Under the pieces are notes generated by a model, which made no database searches, had not been told where the DNA came from, and saw nothing but the letters and a program-made list of their open reading frames with translations. The position numbers and the translations under genes are program-made. From Mobula birostris (lineage: Eukaryota), in the NCBI RefSeq assembly GCF_030028105.1, contig NC_092379.1, positions 46,486,150-46,550,149 of the forward strand: DNA of 64,000 nucleotides, written 5' to 3'. This document shows, piece by piece, positions 23,258 to 37,199 of this stretch; position 1 is the stretch's first letter; each line of letters starts with the position of its first letter.

Positions 23258-24034
23258 GTAAGCGATATATTTTATTACATTTTGAGCAAGCACGTACTTT
23301 TCCCCGAGGTCAAGTATAATTATATTCTCGTTTAAATGATGCAAACCGAAAAGGGCAATATGATAATGTATTTTTGGAGTGTAAGCATTTCACTAAGACA
23401 CCCCAGAAGAATTGAAGTATACACCTTTCTCCTCCCAAGATAATACCTTCGCTCGTTAAAAAAAAACGAAAATTGGAGTATTTTTACAAATTGAAGCACC
23501 CAAATTACCCTCGACCTCCTGCACCCCAACCCCGTCCGACGGTTACTTTAAAGTATTACCTGCTGTATTGATGTAAGTGCGAGGTCCTCATATCTTGGCA
23601 AATTTGAGTGTGGATTTACACCCCGATGATCGCAGACCCACGCAGTAAAGTACTTTAGATGAAATAGGTTTCAGATCAGAAAGAGATTGATAGCTTAATA
23701 ATTTGAGACTTCGACGGGATTGTTAAAACATATACTCATTCCGAAAACAACTAGTCATTCAGCTGGAATAGAAGAAAAAATGTCTTCTATTTCGAAACAC
23801 ATATCATGCTCTAACAAATCCATACATTTAGTGAGCGCCTGGAAAACCAGGTTGAAACAAGTTTTATGTTGTCAGAATCGTTGGGCTTGTATAACTTTGG
23901 TTATATTTTAGTGTCAGTTGTCAGAGTATTTGCGGGGCGGGGGCAGATGTAGGCTAAAGGTCTGTGTGCAAGGTCGGAAAAGATACTGAATGAATGTCAA
24001 CATAATCAATAGCGTCTTTGAAAGCGGAGCACAA

Positions 24035-27000
24035 TAGACATATACATAGACATAGAATAGTACAGCACATTACAGGCCCTTCGGCCCACAATATTGTGCC
24101 GACCCTCAAATCCTGCCTCTCATATAACCCCCCACCTTAAATTCCTCCATATACCTGTCTAGTAGTCTCTTAAACTTCACTAGTATATCTGCCTCCACCA
24201 CTGACTCGGGCAGTGCATTCCACACACCAACCACTCGCTAAGTAAAAAACCTTCCTCTATTATCCCCCTTGAACTTCCCACCCCTTACCTTAAAGCCATG
24301 TCTTCTTGTATTGAGCAGTGGTGCCCAGAGGAAGAGGTGCTGGCTATCCACTCTAGGTCTTCCTCTTATTATCTTGGACAACTCTATCATGTCTCCTTTC
24401 ATCCTCATACTCTCCAAAGAGTAAAGCCCTAGCTGCCTTAATCTATGATTATAATCCATACTCTCTAAACCAGGCAGCATCCTGGTAAATCTCCTCTGTA
24501 CCCTTTCCAATGCTTCCACATCCTTCCTACAGTGAGGCGACAAGAATTGGACACAGTACTCGAAGTCTGGCCTAACCAGAGTTTTACAGAGCTGTATCAT
24601 TACATCGTGACTCTTAAACTCTATCCCTCGACTGATGAAAGCTAACACCCCATAAACTGTCTTAACTACCCTATCTACCTGTGAGGCAACTTTTAAGGAT
24701 CTGTTGGCATGTACCCCCAGATCCCTCTGCTCCTCCACACTACCAAGTATCCTGCAATTTACTTTGTACTCTGCCTTGGAGTTTGACCTTTCAAAGTGTA
24801 CCAACTCACACTTCTGGTTGAACTGCATCTGCCACTTCTCAGCCCACTTCTTCATCCTATCAATGTCTCTCTGCAATCTTCGACAATCCTCGACATTATC
24901 TGCAACACCACCAACTTTTGTGTCATAGAAACATAGAAACATAGAAAATAGGTGCAGGAGGTGGCCATTCGGCACTTCGAGCCTGGACCGCCATTCAGTA
25001 TGATCATGGCTGATCATCCAACTCAGAACCCTGTACCAGAGTTCCCTCCATACCCCCGATCCCTTTAGCCACAAGGGCCATATCTAACTCCCTCTTAAAT
25101 ATAGCCAATGAACTGGCCTCAACTGTCTCCTGTGGCAGAGAATTCCACAGATTCACCACTCTCTGTGTGAAGAAGTCTTTCCTAATCTCGGTCCTAAAAG
25201 GCTTCCCCTTTATCCTCAAACTGTGACCCCTCGTTCTGGACTTCCCCAACATCGGGAACAATCTTCCTGCATCTAGTCTGTCCAATCCCTTTAGGATTTT
25301 ATACGCTTCAATCAGATCCCCCCCTCAATCTTCTAAATTCCAACGAGTATAAGCCTAGTTCATCCAGTCTTTCATCATATGAAAGTCCTGCCATCCCAGG
25401 AATCAATCTGGTGAACCATCTTTGTACCCCCTCTATGACAAGGATGTCTTTCCTCAGATTAGGGGACTAAAACTGCACACAATACTCCAGGTGTGGTCTC
25501 ACCAAGGCCTTGTACAACTGCAGTAGTACCTCCCTGCTCCTGTACTCGAATCCTCTTGCTATAAATGCCAGCATACCATTCGCCTTTTTCACCGTCTGCT
25601 GTACCTGCATGCCCACTTTCAATGACTGGTGTATAATGACACCCAGGTCTCGTTGCACCTCCCCTTTTCCTAATCGGCCACCATTCAGATAATAATTTGT
25701 TTTCTTGTTTTTGCCACCAAAGTGGATAACTTCACATTTATCCACATTAAATTGCATCTGCCATGAATTTGCCCACTCACCTAACCTATCCAAGTCACCC
25801 TGCATCCTCTTAGCATCCTCCTCACAGTTAACACTGCCGCCCAGCTTCGTGTCATCCGCAAATTTGGAGATGCTGCATTTAATTTCCTCATCCAAGTCGT
25901 TAATATATATTGTAAACAACTGGGGTCCCAGCACTGAGCCTTGCGGTACCCCACTAGTCACTGCCTGCTATTCTGAAAGGGCCCCGTTTATTCCCACTCT
26001 TTGCTTCCGATCTGCCAACCAACTCTCTATCCACATCAATACCTTACCCCCAATACCGTGTGCTTTAAGTTTGCACACTAATCTCCTGTGTGGGACCTTG
26101 TCAAAAGCCTTTTGAAGATCCAAATATACCACATCCACTGGTTCTCCCCTGTCCACTCTACTAGTTACATCCTCAAAAAATTCCATGAGATTCGTCAGAC
26201 AGGATTTTCCTTTCACAAATCCATGCTGACTTTGTCCGATGATATCACCGCTTTCCAAATGTGCTGTTATCACATCTTTGATAACTGAGTCTAACAGTTT
26301 CCCCACCACCAATGTTAGGCTAACCGGTCTATAAATCCCTGGTTTCTCTCTCCCTCCTTTTTTAAAAGGTGGAGTTACATTAGCCATCCTCCAATTCTCA
26401 GGAACTGGTCCAGAATCTAAAGAGTTTTGAAAAATTATCACTAATGCATCCACTATTTCTTGGGCTACTTCCTTAAGCACTCTGGGATGCAGACCATCTG
26501 GCCCTGGGGATTTATCCGTCTTTAATCCCTTCAATTTACCTAAAAACTTTTACAGTCAGTTTTTATGTTCCCTGCTAGCATTCTCTCTAAATCTTTTTTC
26601 CCTTTCTTAATTAAGCCCTTTGTCCTCCTCTGCTGGACTCGGGATTTCTCCCAGTCCTCAGGTGAGCCACTTTTTCTGGCTAATTTGTATGCTTCTTCTT
26701 TGGAATTGATACTATCCCTAATTTCCCTTGTCAGCCACGGGTGCACTACCTTCCTTGATTTATTCTTTTGCCAAACTGGGATGAACAATTGTTGTAGTTC
26801 ATCCATGCGATCGTTAAATGCTTGCCATTCCATATCCACCGTAATCCCTTTAAGTGTCATTTGCCAGTCTATGTTAGCTAATTCACGTCTCATACCTTCA
26901 AAGTTACCCTTCTTTAAGTTCAGAACCTTTGTTTCCGAATTATCTATGTCACTCTACATCTTAATGAAGAATTCCACCATATTATGGTTACTCTTACCCA

Positions 27001-30000
27001 AGGGGCCTCTCATGACAAGATTGCTAATTAACCCTTCCTCATTGCTCAATACCCTGTCCAGAATAGCCTGCTCTCTAGTTGGTTCCTCGACATGTTGGTT
27101 CAAAAAACCATCCCGCATACATTCCAAGAAATTCTCTTCCTCAGCACCCTTACTAATTTGCTTCACCCAATCTACATGTAGATTGAAGTCACCCATTATA
27201 ACTGATGTTCCTTTATTGCACACATTTCTAACTTCCTGTTTAATACCATCCCCAACCTCACTACTACTGTTAGGTGGCCTGTACACAACTCCCACCAGCG
27301 TTTTCTGCCCCTTAGTGTTATGCAGCTCTACCCATATCGACTCCACATCTTCCCAGCTTATGTCCTTCCTTTATATTGCATTAATCTCCTCTCTCACAAA
27401 CAACGCCACCTCACCTCCTTTTCTTTCATGTCTATCCCTCCTGAATATTGAATATCCCTGAATGTTGAGCTCCCATCCTTGGTCACCCTGGAGTCATGTC
27501 TCTGTGATCCCAACTACATCATATTCATTAATAACAATCTGCACTTTTAATTCATCCACCTTGTTACGAATGCTCCTTGCATTGACACACAAAGCCTTCA
27601 GGCGCGCTTTTACAACACTCTTAGCCCTTATACAATTATGTTGAAAAGTGGCCCTTTTTGATGCTTGCCCTGGATTTGTCTGTAAACTTGCCAACCCACC
27701 CTTCCACCCCGACATCCAGGTCGTCAATAAAAATCACGAAAATTAGAGGTCCCAGAACAGACCTTATGAGACACCACTAGTCACAATCCTCCAATCTGAA
27801 TGTACTCCCTCCACCACCACCCTCTGCCTTCTGCAGGCAAGACAATTTTGAATCCACCTGGCCAAACTTCCGTGGATCCCATGCCTTCTAACTTTCTGAA
27901 TAAGCCTACCATGTGAAGCCTTGTCAAATGCCTTACTAAAATCCATATAGATCACATCTACTGCACTACCCTCATCTATATTCCTGGTCACCTCCTCAAA
28001 GAACTCTATCAGGCTTGTTAGACACGATCTGCCCTTCACAAAGCCATGCTGACTGTCCCTGATCAGACCATGATTCTCTAAATCCCTATAAATCTTATCT
28101 CTAAGAATCTTTTCCAACAGCTTTCCCACCACAGACGTAAGGCTCACTGATCTATAATTACCCGGACTATTCCTACTACCATTTTGAACAAGGGGACAAC
28201 ATTCGCCTCCCTCCAATCCTTCGGTACCATTCCCGTGGACAACGAGGATATAAAGATCCTAGCCAAAGGCTCAGCAATCGCTTCCTTCGCCTCATGGAGC
28301 AGCCTGGGGAATATGCCGTCGGGCCCCGGCGGCTTATCCGTCCTAATATATTTTAACAACTCCAAGACCTCCTCTCCCTTAATATCAACATGATCCAAAA
28401 CATCAACTTCACTCATTTTGTCCTCACCATCATCAAGTTCCGTCTGGTTGGTGAATACCGAAGAGAAGTATTCATTGAGGACCTCGCTCACTTCCACAGC
28501 CTCCAGGCACATCTTTCCACCTTTATCTCTGATCGGTCCTACCTTCACTCCTGTCATCCTTTTGTTCTTCACATAATTGAAGAATGCCTTGGGGTTTTCC
28601 GTTACCCTACTCTCCAAGGCATTCTCATGCCCCCTTCTTGCTCTGTTCAGCCCCTTCTTGAGTTCCTTTCTTGCTTCCCTGTATTCCTCAATAGACCCAT
28701 CTGATCCTTGCTTCCTAAACCTCATGTATGCTGCCTTCTTCCACCTGACTATATTTTCCACCTCACTTGTCAACCATGGTTCCTTCAGCTACCATCCTTT
28801 ATCTTCCTCACCGGGACAAATTTATCCCTAACCTCCTGCAAGAAATCTTTAAACATCGACCACATGGCTATAGTACATTTCCCTGCAAAAACATCATGCC
28901 AATTCACACCCGCAAGTTCTAGCCTTAGAGCCTCATAATTTGCCCTTCCCCAATTTAAAAAAATCCTGTCTTCTCTGATTCTATCCTTTTGCATGATAAT
29001 GCTAAAAGCCAGGGAGCGGTGGTCACCGTCCCCCAGATGCTCACCCACTGACTGATCTGTGAATTGACCCGGTTCATTACCGAGTACTATATCTAATATG
29101 GCATACCTCCTAGTCGGCCTGTCCACATACTGTGACAGGAATCGCTCCTGGACAGACTTAACGAACTGTGCCCCATCTAAACCCTTGTAACTAAACAGGT
29201 GCCAATCAGTATCAGGGAAGTTAATGTCACCCATGATAACAACCCTGTTATTTTTGCACCTTTCCTAAATCTGCCTCCCAATCTGCTCCTCTGTATCTCT
29301 GCTGCTACCAGGGGGCCTATAGAATACCCCAATAGAGTAACTGCTTCCTTCCTGTTCCTGACTTCCACCCATACTGACTCAAAAGCGGATCCTGCTACAT
29401 TACCCACCCTTTCTGTAGCTGTAATAGTATCCCTGACTAGGAATGCCACCCCTCCTCCCAGTCCCCCCCCCCCCATCCCTTTTAAAGCACTGAAATCCAG
29501 GAATATTGAGAATCCATTCCTGCCCTGGTGTCAGCCAAGTCTCTGTAATGGCCATTACATCATAATTCCATATAGGTATGCAAGCTCTCAGTTCATCACC
29601 TTTGTTCCTGATGCTCCTTGCATTGAGGTACACACACTTCAGCCCTTCTACCTTACTACCTTTACACCCTTTATTCTGCTTCTCTTTCCTCAAAACCTCG
29701 CCATACGTTAGATCTGGCTTTACTCCACACACTTCTTTCACTACTCTATCGCTCAGGGTCCCATCCCCCTTGCAAATTAGTTTAAACCCTCCCGAACCAT
29801 GCTTGCAAACCTAGCTGCAAGGATATTGCTTCCCCTTGAGTTCAGGTGCAATCCATCCAATCTGTACAGGTCCCACATTCCCCAGAAGAGATCCCAATGA
29901 TCCAAAAATCTAAAACCCTGCTCCCTGCACCAACTCGTCAGACACGCATTCAACTTCCATCTCCTCCAATTCTTGCCATCACTGTCACGTAGCACTGGCA

Positions 30001-30211
30001 GCAATCCTGAGAACGCCACCCTTGAGGTCCTATTCTTCAGTCTTCTGCCGAGTTCCCAAAACTCACACTTCAGGACCTCATCCTTCTTCCTGCCTGTGTC
30101 GTTGGTACCAACATGTATCACGACTTCTGGTTGCTTTCCCTCTCGTACCAGGATCTCAAGCACCCGATCAGAGTCATCCCGGACTCTGGCACCCGGGAGG
30201 CAACAAACCAT
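24035..30211 (-). mobile_element. CR1 (HER1-type) LINE copy A, 5'-truncated in the ORF1 esterase and interrupted by copy B
   Basis: 3' end and RT C-terminus 24035-24922. Resumes at ~27682 in FADD(TK) and continues through RT, APE (MGDINFPD..W) and the SGNH esterase (LPGARV..HVGTND..DGLHL, ORF 29777-30211). Confidence 0.92.
24923..27680 (-). mobile_element. CR1 LINE copy B nested in copy A
   Basis: Has its own (CATAGAAA)n tail at 24923. RT QGSVLGP/FADDTK (ORF 25467-25961) and APE (ORF 26954-27346). Internal deletion junction at ~26540. Confidence 0.9.
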
Positions 30212-31554
30212 AATATTAAGTCTGTACCATCTCGCTAAGTGCTTTAGTCAATTGCCACGGCGCTATATTTAATTAAATCTAACACTCCAGATCTTAATGA
30301 ATGACATTCCAGATGTAAAGTGTCGCTCAAGACACCAATTACAAAGGTTTACAGTGTTAATCAGACTATTTTGTGGTTCAAAATATAAAACTGTCGTCAT
30401 TGAAGCAGTATGCTAAAATATAGGTTGCAATGGAAGCATTGCTGCGAAAAGGGTTTTAATGTTCATCAGTCAATTGAATGATAGCGTTTTCAAATAGTTC
30501 CTTCCCGAAGGAAACTCAAATGAAAGCAAACCTCTTACACTATTATCGGACCCACAAATGTCAGGGAAGCAATTTGCAAAAATATCCATCGTTCGACCAA
30601 TTTACATGACCTTACTGCTATTTGTTTGCTTCATCTTTCTTAGTTTTAAACATGCTGTAAAGCTCCTTTGTCCGAGCTTAGTCGTGTTTAAAAGTCCTCT
30701 GAAACTTGTTGTTTATGGAGTTTTGTGGGAACCCAGTCCAATTCCACGTGTATTTTTTTGTTAAGTAGGCAAGTAAACAACATAGTCTGTGTTCGTATAT
30801 AGCGCTGTGGTGTATTACTCCGTCTGCCTGGCTATTTTTTCCCAAATTAATGTAGACATCCCATTGTGTTTTGATCCTTCTGGGAAAGGAATTTCTCAGA
30901 CGTCAAGCACAGTCCATTCCATGCCCTTAACTGAGAAATTGACAAGGAATCGACTTGTGAGAAGAGTACCAGAGGGTGAATTCATTAAATACTTAGAAAC
31001 ACCATCAACACCCTTTCTATTTTATTACGCTACTTGCAATCAAAGGGAAGCTGTGTGATACCAGCACCTCTTCTTCAGTCCAATAAAATGTATTGGACTC
31101 CGCTTTCACTTCATGGTCGTCAGTTTTAATATAAGCTCTATATCTCCCCTCCTTCTGTAATATGCGATGACCGTTTGCTTTGTATGTCCGCAACGATCGC
31201 TGCTTTAAAAAGTATGCCAATTTTCTCATTCTGCATTCGAATAATTTCAACATTTGCAATTCCCTGTGAAAGAAAATATATCTTTACCTAATCTCTGACC
31301 TAAAGGGGGAATCTCATATTTACGCTCCATTTTCCTCCCACATCCGAAAGACGCTCAGTTGCTTAGCTCACTGGCAAATGAGTATTGTCCACAGTGCTTA
31401 GAACAATGATAGAATTTGATGGCGTTGATGTTCTTGTGAGGGCGAATAAACTAAAATGGATTAATGTAGAATTATTGCAACTCACTTATGTAACCCTAGC
31501 CAAATCATAGGACGATTTACTAACCGTTCTGACTTTAGATATTAAAAATAAATG

Positions 31555-31680
31555 ACAGTACCTGGGAAACCCACACGGTCATGGGGAGAACAAGCAAGTT
31601 CCTTAGGGACGGCGTCAGAATTGAACTTTGTACACTGACACTTCGAGCTGTGATAGTGTTGCGCTAACGGCTAGGCTTCT
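31555..31680 (-). mobile_element. V-SINE/HE1-like SINE fragment
   Basis: GGGAAACCCACACGGTCATGGGGAGAAC is the reverse complement of the conserved central box also seen at 38975-39030. Confidence 0.6.
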
Positions 31681-31974
31681 CTGTGTCTTGCACTTCTCCA
31701 TAACTCATTCTAAATATCCATGTTGGCTCAGTCCATATCTCTGAGACTAATTATAAATATTCGGGACCCAAACACCCATCCCTGTGATTCTAGTGAGCAG
31801 TTAGCATTGTCCTATTACAATGTCAGCCATATTCCAAAGATGTCTGCTTAGGTTTAGTGAATGTGGGCATGCGCTGGAAACGTACCGACAGTTGCAGGCT
31901 GACCAGCACCTTCCTGACTAAATGGATTTGACGCAAACGGCTCATTTCACAAGTTTGCCTCAGTTTCATTCCAT

Positions 31975-33160
31975 AAGGCCATAAGACCATAAGAGATGGG
32001 AACAGAATTAGGCCATTTGGCCCATCCTGTCTGCTCCTCCATTTCATCATGACCGATCCAATTTTCATCTCCTACCCAATCTCATGTCTTCTCCCCGGAC
32101 TTCTTCGTGTCCTGACCAATCAAGGATCTATCAACCTCAGCTTTAAATATACATAAAGACCTGGTCTCCACAGCTTCATGTGGCAAAGAATTCCACAGAT
32201 TCACCACTCTTTGGCTAAAGAAATTCCTCGTCATATCCGTTCAAAAAGAGTGCCTGTCTATTCTGAGGTTGTTTCCTCTGGTTTAGACTCTCCCACTATA
32301 GGAAACATGCTCCCCAGATCAACTCTATCAAGGGTGTTCACCATTCGATAGGTTTCAATGAGGTCACCCCTCATTCTTCTGAATTCCAGCGAATACAGGC
32401 CCAGAGCCATTAAACACTCTTCATATGACAAGCCAATCAATCCTGGAATCATCTTCGTGAACCTCCTATGAACCTTCTCCAGTTTCAGCGCCTCCTTTCG
32501 AAGATAAGGGGCCCAAAACTGCTCACAATACTCCATCTGAAGCCTCACCAGCGTTTTATAAAGCTTCAGCATTCCCTTCTTGCTTTTATATGCTAGTCAT
32601 CTTGAAATGGATGCTAACATCACATTTCCTTCCTCACCATAGATTCAACCTGCAAATTACCCTTTAGGGAATCCTGCACAGGCACTGCCAAGCCACTTTG
32701 CAGCACAGTTTTTTTTTTTGCATTTCCTCCCCGTTTAGAAAATAGTTAACTCTTTCATTTCTTCCACCAAGGTGTTTGACCATGCACTTCTTGACACTGT
32801 ACTTCAACTGCCATTTCTTTGCCTGCCGATTGTCCTAATCTGTCTAGGGCCCCTCTATTTACTCAAAACTAGCTGTCCCTCCACCTATCTTCGTATCATC
32901 TGCAAACGTTTCAACAAAATTATCAATTACATCATTCAAATCATTGACATATAACGTAAAAAGAATCGATCCCAACACAGATCCCTGTGGAACACCACTA
33001 GTCACCTGCAGCCAGACAGAAAAGGCTCGCTTTGTTTCCTGCAAAGCAGCCACTGCTTTATCTATGCTAGAATCTTCTTTGTAATTCCATGGGCTCGTAG
33101 CATGTTTAGCAGCCTCATCACAGGCCTTCTGAAAATCAAAGTACACAACATCAATCAATC
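31975..33160 (-). mobile_element. CR1 LINE 3' fragment
   Basis: LYKTLVR..MEYC.QFWAPY (ORF 32258-32572); GVPQGSVLG...FADDTK (ORF 32859-33158); (CCATAAGA)n tail. Confidence 0.85.
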
Positions 33161-33529
33161 ATCGAAATGGGCACTGCAAATTGTCTCTCGTAGTGTAAAA
33201 ATAGATCCTTAATTGGCAGGGTGGACTCAGAGAATTAAAGTAGCATTATGATCAATGTTATCTGTTGCCAGCTCTATCTCAGTAGATACACTGTCAACCG
33301 GCCATTGTTGATTCCCACATTCAGTGCACTTCAACAATCATCAACAGCAACTTGCAGTCTGAGAAAAATGGAAACTTGCTGAAGTTGAAAAATAACTTTT
33401 GTCCCGTTCAGGTAAACCTAGTCGAAAATTGTTGAGTCTGTAAAATAATATATTTTGTAATATGGACAGACTGGTGACGTTTCAGATACGATTACTATTT
33501 AGCAAGCCTACCTTACTCATGTTTTTTTC

Positions 33530-34420
33530 TGCGACTAATATATATCATCATCGTCAAATTTAAAAGTACATATACGTCATCATACACAAACCTGAAATTA
33601 ATTTTCTTGCGGGCATTCACATCAGACACCACGAAACACAATAGAATCAATGAAAACCCGCACACATTAAGACGGACAACGAAAGGGCAAAATGCAAACT
33701 GTGCAAATCAAACAGGAAAAAAAACAAATAATATAAATAAACAATAAGTATCGTCAACATGAGATGATTTTTTTTAAACTGAGCACATAGGTTGTGAGAA
33801 CAGTTCAATGTCAGGGGGAATGAAGTTGAACGAAGGTAGTCCTTCTGGTTAAAGAACCCGATGTCGAAGGGGTAACATTTGTTTCCGAACCAATTAGTCT
33901 GTGTACCTAGGCTTCTGTACCTCCCTCCTGATGGCGGCAACGAGAAGAGAGCGTGGCCTGGAACCTGAGGGTCCTTGAAGATAAATGCACATTCCTGCGA
34001 CAGCGCTGCGTATAGATGCGCTTAATAGCGGGGAAGGTTGTATTCGTCATGAACTGTGCTGTTTCCACGACCACTTTTTTGTAGGCGGTTCGTTCAAGGC
34101 CATTGATATTTCCATACCAGACCGTAATGCAATCAGTCAGTATACTCCCCACCGCACCTCTACGTAAGTGTGTCAAAGTTTTCGATGACATGCCGCATCT
34201 TCTCAAACTTTTAAGAGAGTAGTGCTTTCTTTCTAAGGGCACTTACCAGCTGGACTCTGGATAGATCCTCTGAAATGATTACGCAAAGGAATTTGAAGTT
34301 GCTAACTCTCTCCACCTCTGACCCCTAGATGAGGACCTGCAGATGGACCCGCGGTTTTCTCCTCCCGTAGTCAATAATCAACTCCTTGGTCTTGCTGACA
34401 TTGAGTGACAGATGTTATTC
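33530..34420 (-). mobile_element. Rex1/Babar-type LINE 3' fragment
   Basis: SLRRCGMSSKTLTHL...SILTDCITVWYGN and PSGGRYRSL (ORFs 33907-34242, 33647-33940). Confidence 0.8.
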
Positions 34421-34757
34421 TGACAGCTAGATTTTCAATCTCTCTCCTCTAATTAAGTCGTACGGCCAACGACAGCTTTGATACGACGAAGAGTAATTAG
34501 GCGAAATTTCAAAGTACCATTCAAGGTATAAAAAAACAAATCACTGTAAGCTGTGATACCATTATGCTGAAGGAAATATCTCAGCTTCAGTCATCCCTTC
34601 AGCCGAAAGGTCTTAGAAGCGCTAACGTAGCTCTTGACATGTAGAGATTCTTATGATGCAAGGAATATTGTAGTTGTCTTATGCCTTACAAGTTGTCTGA
34701 AAAACAACGTAAAATTGATCCAATCATTTCAAAGACTTTTGTTTTTGTTAATTTTAG

Positions 34758-35078
34758 CAAAACAACCGACCCCGCCAAATATCAATCTTGTCTATTCTGC
34801 AACTGCAGAACAAAAAGCACAGGGTTTTGTGGAATTGATTTGTCTCATGAGCGAATACCTACCTGAAAACATCGCAGTGACCTGGCAGAAAAACGGACGA
34901 GCCGTACAGTCCGGTTTTTCCACCACTTCTTCCATTGAAAGTTCAAGCGAAACCTTTACCTCAGCAAGTGTGCTCAAAGTGCCTGTGAGTGAATGGGCCA
35001 GTGGTGCTGTGTACTCGTGCCAAGTATCCCACTCTGCAACCAGCAGCAACATCCGCAAAGAAATACGAGCTGAGTCAG
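34758..35078 (+). CDS. IgNAR: IgNAR C1 exon
   Basis: TTTTAG acceptor, GTAAG donor, 321 nt, phase 1/1. VYSATAEQKAQGFVELICL..Y.PENIAVTWQKN...YSCQVSHSATSSNIRKEIR closely matches recalled nurse shark IgNAR C1. Confidence 0.96.
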
Positions 35079-36121
35079 GTAAGAAGCAGTTCCCAATCCA
35101 TAGGTGCAGTATTTCCACTTTCGTCCTCAGTATTTCATTTGGTGGGCTGTAATCATCTACGGACAAGATTTTTAAATAACCAGGCTACTAAAGACTAAGA
35201 TGCGTGCCAGTATCAAGTTCGGGTAAGGGACTGATAGGAATGTGAGTCGGAATGTTTAGGCAGCAAACATTAAATATCAGAGGTAAGAATTACAAGAAAT
35301 ATTGTGAAGTGTAGTCAGAAGACATCATGGCGCATCAGCGAATATTGATTTCTGATTATGTTGATGCACAGAATAGAATTTGTATATCTGAAATGATTCT
35401 AAGGAATCCGGACATCTGAAAAGATAAGCACAGGAAAGCAGCGGTTAAAAAAAAAAAAATCTTAGGTGATCATCTTTAACTTTCAAATTTAACAGCCCAT
35501 TAATTTTTACTGATGTGTTATATCTGTAGCTGGTATCAGCATACAATAATGAAAGTTTTGGAAAATAAATAAATGAAAGGAAGAAAGTAGTCGAGGCAGC
35601 CACTCGGCTTATCAGACAGTTAAACCCTGTGCTAAACTGGTCCTTCATTCTTGCATAAATAGATCGAACACTGCATATGTATTTAGCACTTCTTTCCATC
35701 TAACGTTCACTTACATCTTCGAGCTTCCTGTGTTCTCTCCTCCCTCAGCCAATCTCTCTGTCTCGCTGCATCCCATTCACTGTTTTGCCACAAGCCACTG
35801 CCCCTTCCCCACGCCAGTGTTTTATCACTGTCGTACTTTCCGGGGATGTCCGGCTGTATCTCTCCCTCCATCCTTCGCCACACTTGTCTATGAATGACGA
35901 TACGTTATTCATTTTCAACCATTTTCTTTTCTTTTCAGTATAGAAGAGTAGCGTGTGGTCATGATCTAACTCAAGGGTTCACGAAAAGACGACTTAAGCA
36001 TGATCTAAAATTAACAATTTCCACCTTAAGCTCTTAACGTGTAGCAGGTTATTACTAAATTGAGATCCTTGCTAAACTTCAGATTCGTCATGAGTCCTTT
36101 CAATTACTGGACGTCTTCTAG

Positions 36122-36424
36122 AATTCGCATTGTTTCTCAGAGATCCTACCGTTGAAGAAATGTGCACAAACAAAACTGCCACACTGGTGTCTGAGTTGAT
36201 CGCCACATTTCCAGCTGAGGTTTCCATCTCTTGGACAGTGGGTGGGAAGGAAAGAGCTGATGGCGTTCAAACAGAACAAGCAGCAAAGATCGGGAGTCAG
36301 TACGTGACAGTCGGCCGTTTGACCAGCAGCGTGGCCAAGTGGGACAGCGGAGTAGAATACTCTTGCTCGGTGCAGGACAATCATTCACCTGCTTCCCTGT
36401 CAAAAAGGACACGAAAAGCAAAAG
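36122..36424 (+). CDS. IgNAR: IgNAR C2 exon (B-strand Cys replaced by Ser)
   Basis: CTTCTAG acceptor, GTGGGT donor, 303 nt. LRDPTVEE..NKTATLV(S)E...RLTSSV.KWDSGVEYSC...KRTRKA matches IgNAR C2. Confidence 0.93.
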
Positions 36425-37199
36425 GTGGGTGCAATAGCAACAATCGAAACGCAAAGCAGTGCAGATGCAGAAAGAGGAACAGAAACTGCTAAATGCCAGG
36501 CAGCAGTATTCAGAGGAAAGCAGGCATGATGGTGAACGAGTTGCCCTCTGCTAGAGTCATAATGCATTATCTTATTCAAGGGAAGACAGGTTTTCTGATG
36601 AATGGTGCACTGATAGCGTTCCACCCAAGATTTCTTCGAATGAAATGTTGAAGTCACAGGACCCGACAGCATTGGAACAGATTCTTCGGTCGACAGAAAC
36701 CAAGCCCCCTCCATTCAGCGAATTCCACTTTGATCTAGTTTATTGTTTCGTAGCTTCAACAACTCTTCGAAGACTCTACTCTACATTAAGAGTAAGTTAT
36801 GGTAGTCGACGTGGCTAGCACTGGCATGTTGTTCGATACGGAAGTCGGATAACCTAAAACAGAACGCGCACAGCTACACGACAACCGTATAAACTCCAGT
36901 AGAGCAGGTCAAGACCGAAATCAATGTTTCTGGAGACTTGCAGCAGGCACTCTGATAGTTGTATCCATGTACTACCCCACTAAAAAGTTGTAGTTATAAA
37001 ATGCTGCACAGAAATTCAGTTGGCTCTCTGACCCCAATGTTCAAAGATGTTTCACATCTACCTCAATCCAATTTTCAGCAACAGAAAAAAAAAATTCAAT
37101 GTCTTTCCTACTTCAGTGATCGACTAAATGTTTGCCAAATGCAGTGACTTAAGGTACCCTCTAAAGCTCCTTCCACTTAACTTTAGTACATACTGTCTT

